Source: a virus. Taken from it: a DNA stretch of 64,000 nt. This document shows positions 55,516-64,000 of the stretch, piece by piece. Position 1 is the stretch's first letter, and each line of letters starts with the position of its first letter. The stretch lies in the IMG/VR virus record IMGVR_UViG_3300018059_000546; one strand, 5' to 3'. A program made the position numbers and the translations under genes. The notes below the pieces were generated by a model that was not told where the DNA came from, did no database searches, and worked only from the letters and a program-made list of their open reading frames with translations.

Positions 55516-56240
55516 ATCGCTACGTTTTCATCGCTCCCACGTTCAATGCTCTTCTCACTTGCAAGAAAGCTATCTTGAGTCTTGCCGTACAATCGTTTGA
55601 AAATTGGCATCTCATCGTTATCGATGACATGTCAACAGATGGAACAGAGCTCGAAATCAGAAATACGTTCAGTTTTCTCGGAATCTATGAGAGATTGACG
55701 TACATCAAGAATGACAAGAAGCTCTGGGAAGTTGAAAACGTTCTTCAAGGTCTAAAGAGATGTACTCCAGATGATATCGTCTGTCGTTTCGACCTCGATG
55801 ATTACCTGACAGATGCTAACGCGCTTGAAATCATCGACATGCAGTACAGGAGTGATCAAAAATTAGAAGCATTATGGAGTTCTCATCGATGGTTTGATGA
55901 ACGAGGTATCACCAACAATAACATCTCCGGTCCAATGCCTGACAATGCTGATCCGTACAAGTACCCATGGGTTTCCAGCCATCTCAAGACTTTTCGAAAA
56001 AGGGTCATCGACGAAGTGAATGACCAGAACTTTCGAGGACAGGATGGCAAATACATCCGTCGAGCGGGCGACCAAGCGATTTACCTTCCGTGTCTAGCTA
56101 GAGCTAAGAAGAGAATGTATCTACCTGTCACAATGTACGCTTATCGATGTGACATGAATCCGCAGACATTTCAGACCGACGACGCTAAATTCCAAAAAAC
56201 AGAGGCTGATTTCCTTAGAACCAGAGGGTTCGTTGAGTGA
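55512..56240 (+). CDS. Glycosyltransferase (GT2)
   Basis: IAPTFN, VIDDMSTDGT, RFDLDD. Confidence 0.88.
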   Translation: MNRYVFIAPTFNALLTCKKAILSLAVQSFENWHLIVIDDMSTDGTELEIRNTFSFLGIYERLTYIKNDKKLWEVENVLQGLKRCTPDDIVCRFDLDDYLTDANALEIIDMQYRSDQKLEALWSSHRWFDERGITNNNISGPMPDNADPYKYPWVSSHLKTFRKRVIDEVNDQNFRGQDGKYIRRAGDQAIYLPCLARAKKRMYLPVTMYAYRCDMNPQTFQTDDAKFQKTEADFLRTRGFVE

Positions 56241-56409
56241 GACTAGATTAGTCGCGTTCATGTACCTTCTGATGAGAGATGCGGCTCCCACCGGAGAGAT
56301 CGTCAGAATCGTTCGTGAACTCAAAGTTCTTGGAGATGTGGACCCTATTTTCACGAGCCCAGAATTAGAAGCTTACGCCAAGAGGTTAGTCAGTGAACTT
56401 TTAGCATGA
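56233..56409 (+). CDS. 58-aa hypothetical protein
   Basis: Not in the track. Reads (M)SETRLVAFMYLLMRDAAPTGEIVRIV...LEAYAKRLVSELLA and fills the gap with overlaps at both ends. Confidence 0.55.
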   Translation: MSETRLVAFMYLLMRDAAPTGEIVRIVRELKVLGDVDPIFTSPELEAYAKRLVSELLA

Positions 56410-57344
56410 AAATTTTTTTCGACAATTGCGATCTTGGAGGAAGCCGGACCGGACCTAATACGTTCGCTCGAAGGTTAGCTCTAGAATTGTCGAAGAGAGG
56501 TCACGTTGTAGCGGACCCGTCCGATTACGATGTCGCGCTAACGTTCATAGAGAGATCTTTGCTCGTAGATTCTAAGAAACCGCTCGTCCAAAGGCTAGAT
56601 GGAATCTGGTTTCATCCCAGAGACATCAAGACGAAGAATATTTCTATCAAAAACACCTACGACCAAGCCACCGAAGTCATCTTTCAGTCCGATTTCGATA
56701 GAAAGATGGTAGAAAAGTGGTTCGGTCCGAAGGAGAGAGGAAACGTCATCAGAAACGGCATTGAACTGTCGTCAATCGATGTTTCTCCAGGAATTTCAGC
56801 TCTCAAATCCACCTATTCGAAGGTTTTCGTGTGTTCTTCTAACTGGCATCGTCAGAAGAGATTGAAAGAGAACATCGAGTTATACCTTCAACTCAAGGCC
56901 TCCACGACAGAATCATGCTGTTTGATGGTCTTAGGCAGCAATCCAGACCACATGCAACCCGGCAAGGACATTTTCTACACGAACGCTTCTATTCCGCATG
57001 AAATTTGCCTGCAGATCTACTCTGTAGCTGATTGGATGATCCACCTAGCTTGGGCAGACCATTGTCCCAATGTCGTTGTGGAAGCATTGTCGCAAGGATG
57101 CCCTGTGATATGTTCTGAAACGGGCGGAACTCACGAACTCGTAGGTCAAAATGGTTTGATCCTCAAAGAAGGGCACGAATATGCCTTCGAAGCCTTCGAT
57201 TACGATAACCCTCCAGTTTTAGATCTAAGCCAGGTCTCGTCCCTACCGTCCATCGTTGTCGACAAATCAACCGTGGATATCAGCAGAGTGGTAGACGAGT
57301 ATGAAAAAGTGCTTTCAAAAGCCGCTACCTCACGTACTACTTAA
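56406..57344 (+). CDS. Glycosyltransferase (GT4-like)
   Basis: TGPNTF, VIFQSDF, VIRNG, DHCPNVVVEALSQGCPVI. Confidence 0.87.
   Translation: MKIFFDNCDLGGSRTGPNTFARRLALELSKRGHVVADPSDYDVALTFIERSLLVDSKKPLVQRLDGIWFHPRDIKTKNISIKNTYDQATEVIFQSDFDRKMVEKWFGPKERGNVIRNGIELSSIDVSPGISALKSTYSKVFVCSSNWHRQKRLKENIELYLQLKASTTESCCLMVLGSNPDHMQPGKDIFYTNASIPHEICLQIYSVADWMIHLAWADHCPNVVVEALSQGCPVICSETGGTHELVGQNGLILKEGHEYAFEAFDYDNPPVLDLSQVSSLPSIVVDKSTVDISRVVDEYEKVLSKAATSRTT
57338..57343 (+). promoter_or_regulatory. Putative late promoter core TACTTA
   Basis: 12 nt upstream of ATG 57356; plus-strand copy showing that the motif follows gene orientation. Confidence 0.5.
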
Positions 57345-57355
57345 GCACAGTCAAC

Positions 57356-58600
57356 ATGAAACTTTTCACAATCGAAGATCAGAATCGTCTGTCAGAAGCT
57401 CGGTACGAAGCAGAGCAGCGTGTTTTGAAGCTTGCAGAGATCCTCATTTCTGGTAGGGTCAATGAGTCTGTTGGTTTCGATGTCGGTGAGCAGCTGTTAG
57501 CTGAAGCTCACAAGCTCGAAAAAATCATGATTGTAGAAGCTCTTTCTGACCAGGATTTCAATACCCTACAGAAAAACTTCCGATCCTTGCTTCGCCCGAT
57601 AGGGTCTTTGGTGAAGAATTTGGCTGGAACTGATCTGGCTAGCAAGCTCGATGCCGCCAGAATCACAGGCACAGAACTTCTGAATGATCTCTACGATGAT
57701 GTGAAAAACGTGGAAGCTGGCGTCGGTGGTGCAGGTGTTCCTAAGTCGAAGGAAATGTCGGTTGGACGAGACAAGCTCGCAAAATGCTTTGCAGACATCG
57801 CTATCCTCACCAAAGGAGCGATGGCCCTGGGAGATCTCTTCAGTGATGATCCTGCCAGCTTGGGCGGATACACCGCAATGAAGGAAATCACATCTTCTCT
57901 TGAGCGTGACGATCTACTCAGCGTTCCTCTACGACAGGCTTTCGTTGCCTACGCCGAATCTGTCAAGGCTAATAGCCTTGACCAACATGAAAAAGACGAT
58001 GCGAAGCATGACGATTGGTTCGCTCAGGGAGATGCAAATACCCATTGGGACGAAGACCAGAAGGCTCCACCCCCACCCCGCAAGGACAACGTTCCTGGCG
58101 GTGGAATCGCAAAAAAGAAAAAGCAGGGATTCTTCTCACGTCTCTTTGGAAAGAAACATGAAGGTTCCGAGCGTATTAGAGAGTACCAGGATGAAGCTCC
58201 CGCGACCAAACGTGGAGGATTCTCTACTACAAATTTTAGAACTTCCGAGAAGGATCCGTTTCCGCAGCAGCCGCCTGAGAAGGATCCATTTGGATCTAAC
58301 AAACATTCCCATCTTGAAAAGAAATTCAAGGCGATTCTTCAAAAGGCTATGTTGGAGAAATCACCGGGATTCGCTCGCATGGTGAACGTTCCTGCTCTCA
58401 TCGACACCCTCATGAACAAGAGCTATGATCACCTCGCAGCAGTCTTTGGAAGATTTAATGATCTCGTCTCGAATGACGTTGACATGAACTTTCTCAAGAG
58501 TGTCGTGAATAAGCCTCTCAGCGTCAGCGGAGCCCTGAAGACAGTTTGGGATTCGTTCAGTTCTGGCACCATGGGTGGAACCCATGGACGTCCTCGCTGA
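57356..58600 (+). CDS. Hypothetical helical protein (candidate internal head protein)
   Basis: 414 aa, no glycosyltransferase motifs, contains KKKKQGFFSRLFGKK. Confidence 0.75.
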   Translation: MKLFTIEDQNRLSEARYEAEQRVLKLAEILISGRVNESVGFDVGEQLLAEAHKLEKIMIVEALSDQDFNTLQKNFRSLLRPIGSLVKNLAGTDLASKLDAARITGTELLNDLYDDVKNVEAGVGGAGVPKSKEMSVGRDKLAKCFADIAILTKGAMALGDLFSDDPASLGGYTAMKEITSSLERDDLLSVPLRQAFVAYAESVKANSLDQHEKDDAKHDDWFAQGDANTHWDEDQKAPPPPRKDNVPGGGIAKKKKQGFFSRLFGKKHEGSERIREYQDEAPATKRGGFSTTNFRTSEKDPFPQQPPEKDPFGSNKHSHLEKKFKAILQKAMLEKSPGFARMVNVPALIDTLMNKSYDHLAAVFGRFNDLVSNDVDMNFLKSVVNKPLSVSGALKTVWDSFSSGTMGGTHGRPR

Positions 58601-58657
58601 GCTAAAAGCTTTAGTTTCTGAATTTACAGGATCCTACTTTCTTGGTAGGATCCTGTT

Positions 58658-59350
58658 GTGTGTCAGGGGTATCGAGCTCAAAAAGTATGTAAATCTTGCG
58701 GAATGCAATTTCAGGTTGTAGGCAAGACTAGACACCAACAATTCTGTAGCAAGCCTTGCATCAACAAGGGACGAACACATACAGAAGAATGGAAGTTAGA
58801 GATGTCTACGCGCAATTCTGGATCTGGTAATCCATTCTATGGCAAGAATCACTCACTTGAAACGAAGCTCTTTCTTAAAAACAGAATTGAAGGTTTGACG
58901 TGGGAAGAACAAATGGGAGAAGAAAGAGCTTCTCTAAGGAAAGAAAAACAGAGTGAAACTTACACTGGAGAAGGAAATCCGTTCTACGGCAAAACGCATA
59001 CTGTTGAAACTAAAAACAAGATCTCAGAATCTCATCGAGATTGCTCTGGATCAAATAATCCAATGTTCGGACAGGGAGAAAAACTAAGGGGAAACAAGAA
59101 TGGTGCATGGGAGGGAGGAATTTCCCATGATCCATATTGCGGATTGTTTACTGAAAATCTCAAGACAAAGATAAGAACACGTGATAGATTTACATGTAGA
59201 GTGTGTGGGAAGAATGGTAGTCATGTTCACCACATTGATTATGACAAGTTGAACAGCGTTGAAGATAATCTTGTAACTTTGTGTCATAGTTGCCACATGA
59301 AAACGAATTTTGGTCGAGAAAATTGGACGGAGTTCTTTCGTAATGAATAA
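58658..59350 (+). CDS. NUMOD3 + HNH homing endonuclease
   Basis: GNPFYGK-x-H twice; RDRFTCRVCG...HVHHIDYDKLN...NLVTLCHSCH. Confidence 0.85.
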   Translation: MCQGYRAQKVCKSCGMQFQVVGKTRHQQFCSKPCINKGRTHTEEWKLEMSTRNSGSGNPFYGKNHSLETKLFLKNRIEGLTWEEQMGEERASLRKEKQSETYTGEGNPFYGKTHTVETKNKISESHRDCSGSNNPMFGQGEKLRGNKNGAWEGGISHDPYCGLFTENLKTKIRTRDRFTCRVCGKNGSHVHHIDYDKLNSVEDNLVTLCHSCHMKTNFGRENWTEFFRNE

Positions 59351-60338
59351 GAAGAGCGCGATGATAACGGGATCGACGGGACAAGATGGATCGTACTTGT
59401 CAGAACTTCTCCTTTCTAAGGGATACGAAGTCTACGCCCTAGTGCGTCAGACGACACAATTCACACCTGACAAGTACGGTCACCTCCGTAGCTGCATGTC
59501 CGACCCCCATTTTCACATCGTCACCGGAGATGTGAACGATCAACTACGGATGCAGGATCTCATTCGAGAGATCCATCCAAATGAAGTCTACAACCTGGCT
59601 GCCCAAAGTCACGTCGGAGAATCGTTCAAACAACCGATCAGCACCTGCGAGACGACAGGTATGAGCGTCATCAAAATTCTAGAAGCCATCAGACAGGTCG
59701 ATAAGAACATTAGATTTTATCAAGCTGGAAGTTCGGAGCAGTTTGGCAAGGTTTGCGAAACGCCACAAAACGAAAACACAAAATTTCACCCCCGCAGTCC
59801 TTACGGGTGTGCTAAAGTGTTCGCACACAACGCTACTGTAAACTATAGGGAAGCTTACGATATCTACGCTGTCAGCGGGATTCTCTTTAACCATGAGAGC
59901 GAACGTCGAGGAGAGAACTTCGTAACTAGGAAGATTACCAGAGCGATCGGTCGTATCAAAGCGGGAATCCAACACGAGCTAGTGCTTGGTAACACAGATG
60001 CGACACGCGATTGGGGGCATGCTGAAGACTATGTCGAAGCCATGTGGCTGATGCTTCAGCAGGAAACTCCCAAGGATTACGTCATCGGAACGGGAGAGAC
60101 CCACACGGTCCAAGATTTCATCGACATCGCATTCGCTCACGCGGGTCTCGATCCCAAGAAGTATGTGAAGACGAATCCCGATTTACACCGCCCTGCAGAA
60201 GTCGATACCCTCTGTGCTGACCCTAGTCTTGCAAAGAAGGAACTCGGTTGGTCTCCGAAGACGAACTTCTCTGAGCTTGCGAAAAGAATGGTCGATTACG
60301 ACATCGCACTTGCTCTCAAGGAGAAAGAACAGCAGTGA
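59343..60338 (+). CDS. gmd: GDP-mannose 4,6-dehydratase
   Basis: ITGSTGQDGSYL, YNLAAQSHV, PRSPYGCAK, LFNHES, FVTRKIT, RDWGHA, RPAEVD. Confidence 0.95.
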   Translation: MNKKSAMITGSTGQDGSYLSELLLSKGYEVYALVRQTTQFTPDKYGHLRSCMSDPHFHIVTGDVNDQLRMQDLIREIHPNEVYNLAAQSHVGESFKQPISTCETTGMSVIKILEAIRQVDKNIRFYQAGSSEQFGKVCETPQNENTKFHPRSPYGCAKVFAHNATVNYREAYDIYAVSGILFNHESERRGENFVTRKITRAIGRIKAGIQHELVLGNTDATRDWGHAEDYVEAMWLMLQQETPKDYVIGTGETHTVQDFIDIAFAHAGLDPKKYVKTNPDLHRPAEVDTLCADPSLAKKELGWSPKTNFSELAKRMVDYDIALALKEKEQQ

Positions 60339-61261
60339 AAGTTTGGATTCTAGCTCCGGGAGAGAACTGGATCGTCGATGAAATGGCGAAGCAGTTCAAG
60401 CAGGACAACCCCAATATCTGCACTAACAATGTCGATGAAGCTGACGTCATTTGGGCGATGGCTGATTGGTGTTTCGATAGAATTCCCGTATCGTATATCA
60501 AGAGTGGTAAGCCCATCCTTACGATGTTGCATCATTTTGTTCCAGGCAAGTTCGATTTCCTATCCGAAACGGAGTTCTCGCTACGAGATCGACGCACGAC
60601 CGTGTACACAGCTCCGAACTTTCGCACTCGAGACTTCGTTTCCAACTTAACCAACAAACCCGTTCACATCGTTCCGTACTGGGGTCACACTGAAAGTTGG
60701 AAAAAGACCGGTGACAAGTACGAACTTCGAAAGAAGTACGAAATTCCCGAGGATGTATTCGTCATCGGATCTTTCCAACGAGACACAGAGGGACACGATC
60801 TCATCTCTCCCAAATTAGAGAAGGGTCCCGACCTGCTCGCAGATTTTATCTGCAGAGAGCATCGCAAAAGAGCCGTCGTGATCGGAGACATTCCCAAAGT
60901 TCATGTGCTTTTAGCCGGATGGAGACGGCAATACATCATCGAGCGTCTTGAAAAGGAACATGTTCCGTACACATACATCGAACTTCCATCGCAAGAAACG
61001 ATCAACGAATTGTACCAAACACTCGACCTCTATCCTGTCACTTCGCGCTACGAGGGTGGACCACAATCACTCATCGAAGCAGGAATGCTAAGCATTCCGG
61101 TTGTATCCCGGCCCGTTGGTATAGCCGAGCTGGTGCTCACGAATAGCGCTATTTCTGACGATGTGTCATCGGCAGTTTCAGAAGTTCCTAACGTCGAACG
61201 ACTCAAGACTCCTGGTGGGTATTCACCGTTCATCGAACTTCTTAAGAGCGTGATCAAATGA
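60335..61261 (+). CDS. Glycosyltransferase (GT4-like)
   Basis: EKGPD, LYQTLDLY-x-VTSRYEGGPQSLIEA...VVSRPVG. Confidence 0.87.
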   Translation: MKVWILAPGENWIVDEMAKQFKQDNPNICTNNVDEADVIWAMADWCFDRIPVSYIKSGKPILTMLHHFVPGKFDFLSETEFSLRDRRTTVYTAPNFRTRDFVSNLTNKPVHIVPYWGHTESWKKTGDKYELRKKYEIPEDVFVIGSFQRDTEGHDLISPKLEKGPDLLADFICREHRKRAVVIGDIPKVHVLLAGWRRQYIIERLEKEHVPYTYIELPSQETINELYQTLDLYPVTSRYEGGPQSLIEAGMLSIPVVSRPVGIAELVLTNSAISDDVSSAVSEVPNVERLKTPGGYSPFIELLKSVIK

Positions 61262-62379
61262 ACATTTTTCTGTGCGATAAGGATAATAGAGATGTCACCT
61301 CTCTTGTTTACCACTACTGCAAGATGGGTCACAAGGTCTTTCTTCCAAAGCCTGGAAGCGAGGGATTCGGACACCAGCCGTCGTGGCCTCGTCTTGTCCT
61401 CAAATCTACGAAAGAACCTACGAAAAGAAACTTAGATGTTCATGGGTACGAACAGTACGATGATGTCAAATTTGGTGAGGATCGATTTCTCTCCCAAGAG
61501 ATCGAAGAAATACAACAAAAACTCTACGAGACCAATGCATCTTGCGAGCTCATAGACATCAATATTGATAATGTTCAGATCGACGCATGGCACACTACCC
61601 CGAATTCTATTTTAGATGTCCAACAATGGATGGACTACGCAAAGAAACACTTTCCTCATGCGAAGTGGATTTCTAGCTGCATGACGCACTGGGATCATAA
61701 CCTCCAGGGAGGTCCAAAGAACATTGTCAAATTCTTGCCCGCGAACTATCGTGATATTCATCCTCATCTGAATCAGGTCGAGATGTACCGACATCGAATC
61801 GAATTTGATGTCATGAACATTGATTACAACGAAGAAAAGAAACGTGAGGGGTGGGCATCTTTCAATCACAATTTTGCTGTTCGTCAACCCCAATATTGGG
61901 AGATTCAGCAAGAGCTCAACAAACGTCTTGATGGAAAGATCAACATTCCGAACTACGGTGGCAACATTCGAGTCGTTGGTGCGGACATCAAGTATTCTGG
62001 AGAGAATGGTATCACCGGGAAGGACCTGACTATCTCCCCACGCCAAGCCATGAAGAAATACACAGAACTTCGGGGAGTCATGCACCTCAAGCAGGCAGAT
62101 TGGGCTGGCGGAGTTCCGTCTATGAGTCGTATGGCAAGAGTCCCTATCATCGTCACCGGAAAGTACGTGCAAGATACGAAGTCAGAAAAGGTGCTCATCC
62201 ATGATTTCAACTGCTTCGTTGCTAACGACGTAGAAGAACTTGTCAAGTACACAACATTGGTCAACGATGATGATTTCGCCTGGGCCAAGCTTTCGATGGG
62301 GCAGGATAGCATGAACGATATCATCTTCGATGAAGCATACTGGAAGTCTTGGGAAGAATTCCTTTCGAGGCTTGCGTGA
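61258..62379 (+). CDS. Probable divergent GT-B glycosyltransferase
   Basis: C-terminal HLKQADWAGG...ARVPIIV...LIHDFNCF resembles GT-B nucleotide-binding domains; cluster context. Confidence 0.5.
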   Translation: MNIFLCDKDNRDVTSLVYHYCKMGHKVFLPKPGSEGFGHQPSWPRLVLKSTKEPTKRNLDVHGYEQYDDVKFGEDRFLSQEIEEIQQKLYETNASCELIDINIDNVQIDAWHTTPNSILDVQQWMDYAKKHFPHAKWISSCMTHWDHNLQGGPKNIVKFLPANYRDIHPHLNQVEMYRHRIEFDVMNIDYNEEKKREGWASFNHNFAVRQPQYWEIQQELNKRLDGKINIPNYGGNIRVVGADIKYSGENGITGKDLTISPRQAMKKYTELRGVMHLKQADWAGGVPSMSRMARVPIIVTGKYVQDTKSEKVLIHDFNCFVANDVEELVKYTTLVNDDDFAWAKLSMGQDSMNDIIFDEAYWKSWEEFLSRLA

Positions 62380-63182
62380 ACATAGCGTATCTGCTCGTAA
62401 CGTGTTCTAGAGAAAAAACGAGAGACCTCATGCTTAAGAAGGTCATCGAAAGTCTCAAAATTCAAGATGCTTGGAAAGTTTGGGAGAGCGACTTTTACGT
62501 TTTCGATAATGCATCGACATACGAACATACGCAAGTAGAATTGATGTCATCCTTTAAGAAAGTCATCTTAGCAGAGGACAATTATGGATACTGGAGCGCC
62601 GTGAATTGGTTTGTAGAGTTCTCTCAAAATCGAGGATACGACTACGTTTACATCATGGAAAGCGATTGTGTTCATCACAACATCGAACAACTCCATGACG
62701 GAGTAAAGTTGCTTGAACTAGATCCCTCGTTGGGAATGTTGAGAGCTGCAGAGTTTTCTTTAGAGAACAAACATTTGTACGATAAAGCCCAACGTCATCC
62801 AGGATCTATCACTTCTGAGTGGTTCACACAGAGCAATTTTTTCACAAAGGAAACGGCTTCATACGAACAAACCGAGGTTCCTAACGTCTATAAGACGAAC
62901 TTAGTTGCGAAAGTTTGTGGACTTCATAGAGTCTCTGTTCTGAAAGCGGTGTTGTTTCAATTGCAGTCGATTGAATGGTTTATTGAAGTTGATTTTCAAC
63001 GCTTTTACCACAAGAAGTACCCATTCAATGCAATATTGGATGGCGGGATATACAATTCAACACCGGCTTACGAACCAAATGTAATTGCAGGAAGTCTCGT
63101 CAAAGAAGCAGTTGACGAGAATGGTTATCGTAAGACGAGAGAAGGATTCATCACTCCTGTTACGGAGATGAGGGTAAAATGA
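62376..63182 (+). CDS. Glycosyltransferase (GT2/GT-A-like)
   Basis: VFDNAS, NYGYW-x-A-x-N, YVYIMESD. Confidence 0.7.
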   Translation: MNIAYLLVTCSREKTRDLMLKKVIESLKIQDAWKVWESDFYVFDNASTYEHTQVELMSSFKKVILAEDNYGYWSAVNWFVEFSQNRGYDYVYIMESDCVHHNIEQLHDGVKLLELDPSLGMLRAAEFSLENKHLYDKAQRHPGSITSEWFTQSNFFTKETASYEQTEVPNVYKTNLVAKVCGLHRVSVLKAVLFQLQSIEWFIEVDFQRFYHKKYPFNAILDGGIYNSTPAYEPNVIAGSLVKEAVDENGYRKTREGFITPVTEMRVK

Positions 63183-64000
63183 AGTTTTTCATCATTGGTG
63201 GAACGGGATCTCTTGGAAAGAAATTGATCGATAGACTCATCGATGTGCATGAAGTTTTTGTGTACTCACGTGATGAATCTAAACAATGGTCTATCAAGAA
63301 TGACTTACTTCATCGCGGAACGGCTCCCGTTACGTTTTTCGTTGGAGATATCAGAGACAAGAATCGGTTGAAGGATGCCCTTCGCCAATCTCGACCAGAC
63401 ATCGTCATTTCTGCAGCAGCTCTTAAACAAGTCGATGTTTGTGAGATCAATCCTGACGAAAGCATAAAAACGAACCTCATTGGAACTCAAAACGTGATTG
63501 ATGCTGTGAATGAGTACGCTCACAGCATGACGACAGGCATCGGAAACATCAAAAAGGTCACTCTTCTATTCGTCAGTACAGACAAGGCATGCGCACCTGT
63601 CAACACGTACGGAATGAGCAAAGCTCTTTCAGAACGACTCGTTACGAGCCAAGCAAAGACCGGTCTCAAGAATGTGAAGTACGTCTGCGTTCGTTACGGA
63701 AACGTTCTGGAATCCAGAGGGAGCATCATTCCGTTGTTCAGGTACCAGGCAGAGAATTCCGAGTACTTGACGGTCACTAATCCTGACATGACCAGATTCC
63801 TCATGACCCTCGACCAAAGTGTCGACCTGATCTTTAAAACTATCGAACTCGGAGCATCAGGAGAAACGTGGATTTCTAAGCTTCCTGCAATGAGAATCGG
63901 TGATATTGCTGACGTGTTCGCTGAACACTACGGGAAAGAAGTGAAGAAGATCAATGAGCGTCCTGGAGAAAAGATGCACGAAGATCTCATCAACGAGTCT
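63179..64000 (+). CDS. UDP-GlcNAc 4,6-dehydratase family (PseB/FnlA/CapD-like), truncated by window edge
   Basis: Not in the track. My translation reads MKFFIIGGTGSLG...SRDE...GDIRD...AAALKQV...STDKA...YGMSK...VRYGNVLESRGS...MTRF...RPGEKMHE. Confidence 0.92.
   Translation, partial: MKFFIIGGTGSLGKKLIDRLIDVHEVFVYSRDESKQWSIKNDLLHRGTAPVTFFVGDIRDKNRLKDALRQSRPDIVISAAALKQVDVCEINPDESIKTNLIGTQNVIDAVNEYAHSMTTGIGNIKKVTLLFVSTDKACAPVNTYGMSKALSERLVTSQAKTGLKNVKYVCVRYGNVLESRGSIIPLFRYQAENSEYLTVTNPDMTRFLMTLDQSVDLIFKTIELGASGETWISKLPAMRIGDIADVFAEHYGKEVKKINERPGEKMHEDLINES

Noticed and set aside
1-64000. Stop-codon reassignment, as seen in some large phages
   Set aside because: Conserved genes are full length under code 11, and TAA, TAG and TGA all occur at natural ends with tight overlaps.
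48512-64000. Bacterial O-antigen/capsule locus (prophage boundary or chimeric assembly)
   Set aside because: Interspersed with homing endonucleases paralogous to those in the virion region and a TACTTA-led gene; no wzx/wzy/wzm, integrase or att site seen.
1-64000. tRNA or rRNA genes
   Set aside because: Intergenic gaps are short and no cloverleaf was recognised by eye; a tRNAscan run would be needed to exclude them formally.

Overview
The window is a gene-dense segment of a large (probably jumbo) T4-superfamily myophage genome read in the standard genetic code. No rRNA, tRNA or CRISPR array was seen. Positions 1-48.3 kb lie mostly on the minus strand. They carry neck and tail-terminator genes (gp13/14/15-like), major capsid gp23, scaffold, prohead protease gp21, a portal gp20 interrupted by an HNH-containing intein, and large terminase gp17. 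They also carry a single-chain Mre11-Rad50 (gp47-gp46) fusion, primase, a RuvC-like resolvase, several large baseplate/tail-like genes, and host-like genes (peptide deformylase, PIN-PhoH, ClpP, Hc1-like protein, sigma region-4-only protein, degenerate GroEL-like protein, kinase-like protein). From 48.5 kb to the end, the plus strand holds a glycan-building cluster: six to seven glycosyltransferase domains, a SAM methyltransferase, a nucleotidyltransferase, GDP-mannose 4,6-dehydratase and a UDP-GlcNAc 4,6-dehydratase, interspersed with homing endonucleases. Patterns read directly from the sequence include a TA(T/C)TTA motif just upstream of about 14 genes, a second NTACAC-N17/18-TANNNT promoter-like motif, a candidate small RNA after the capsid gene, and strong enrichment of [S/T]-G-S tripeptides in predicted virion-surface proteins. 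Together with the glycosyltransferase cluster, the last pattern suggests a phage-encoded virion glycosylation system, which remains a hypothesis. All functional calls come from motif recognition by eye; no database searches were run.
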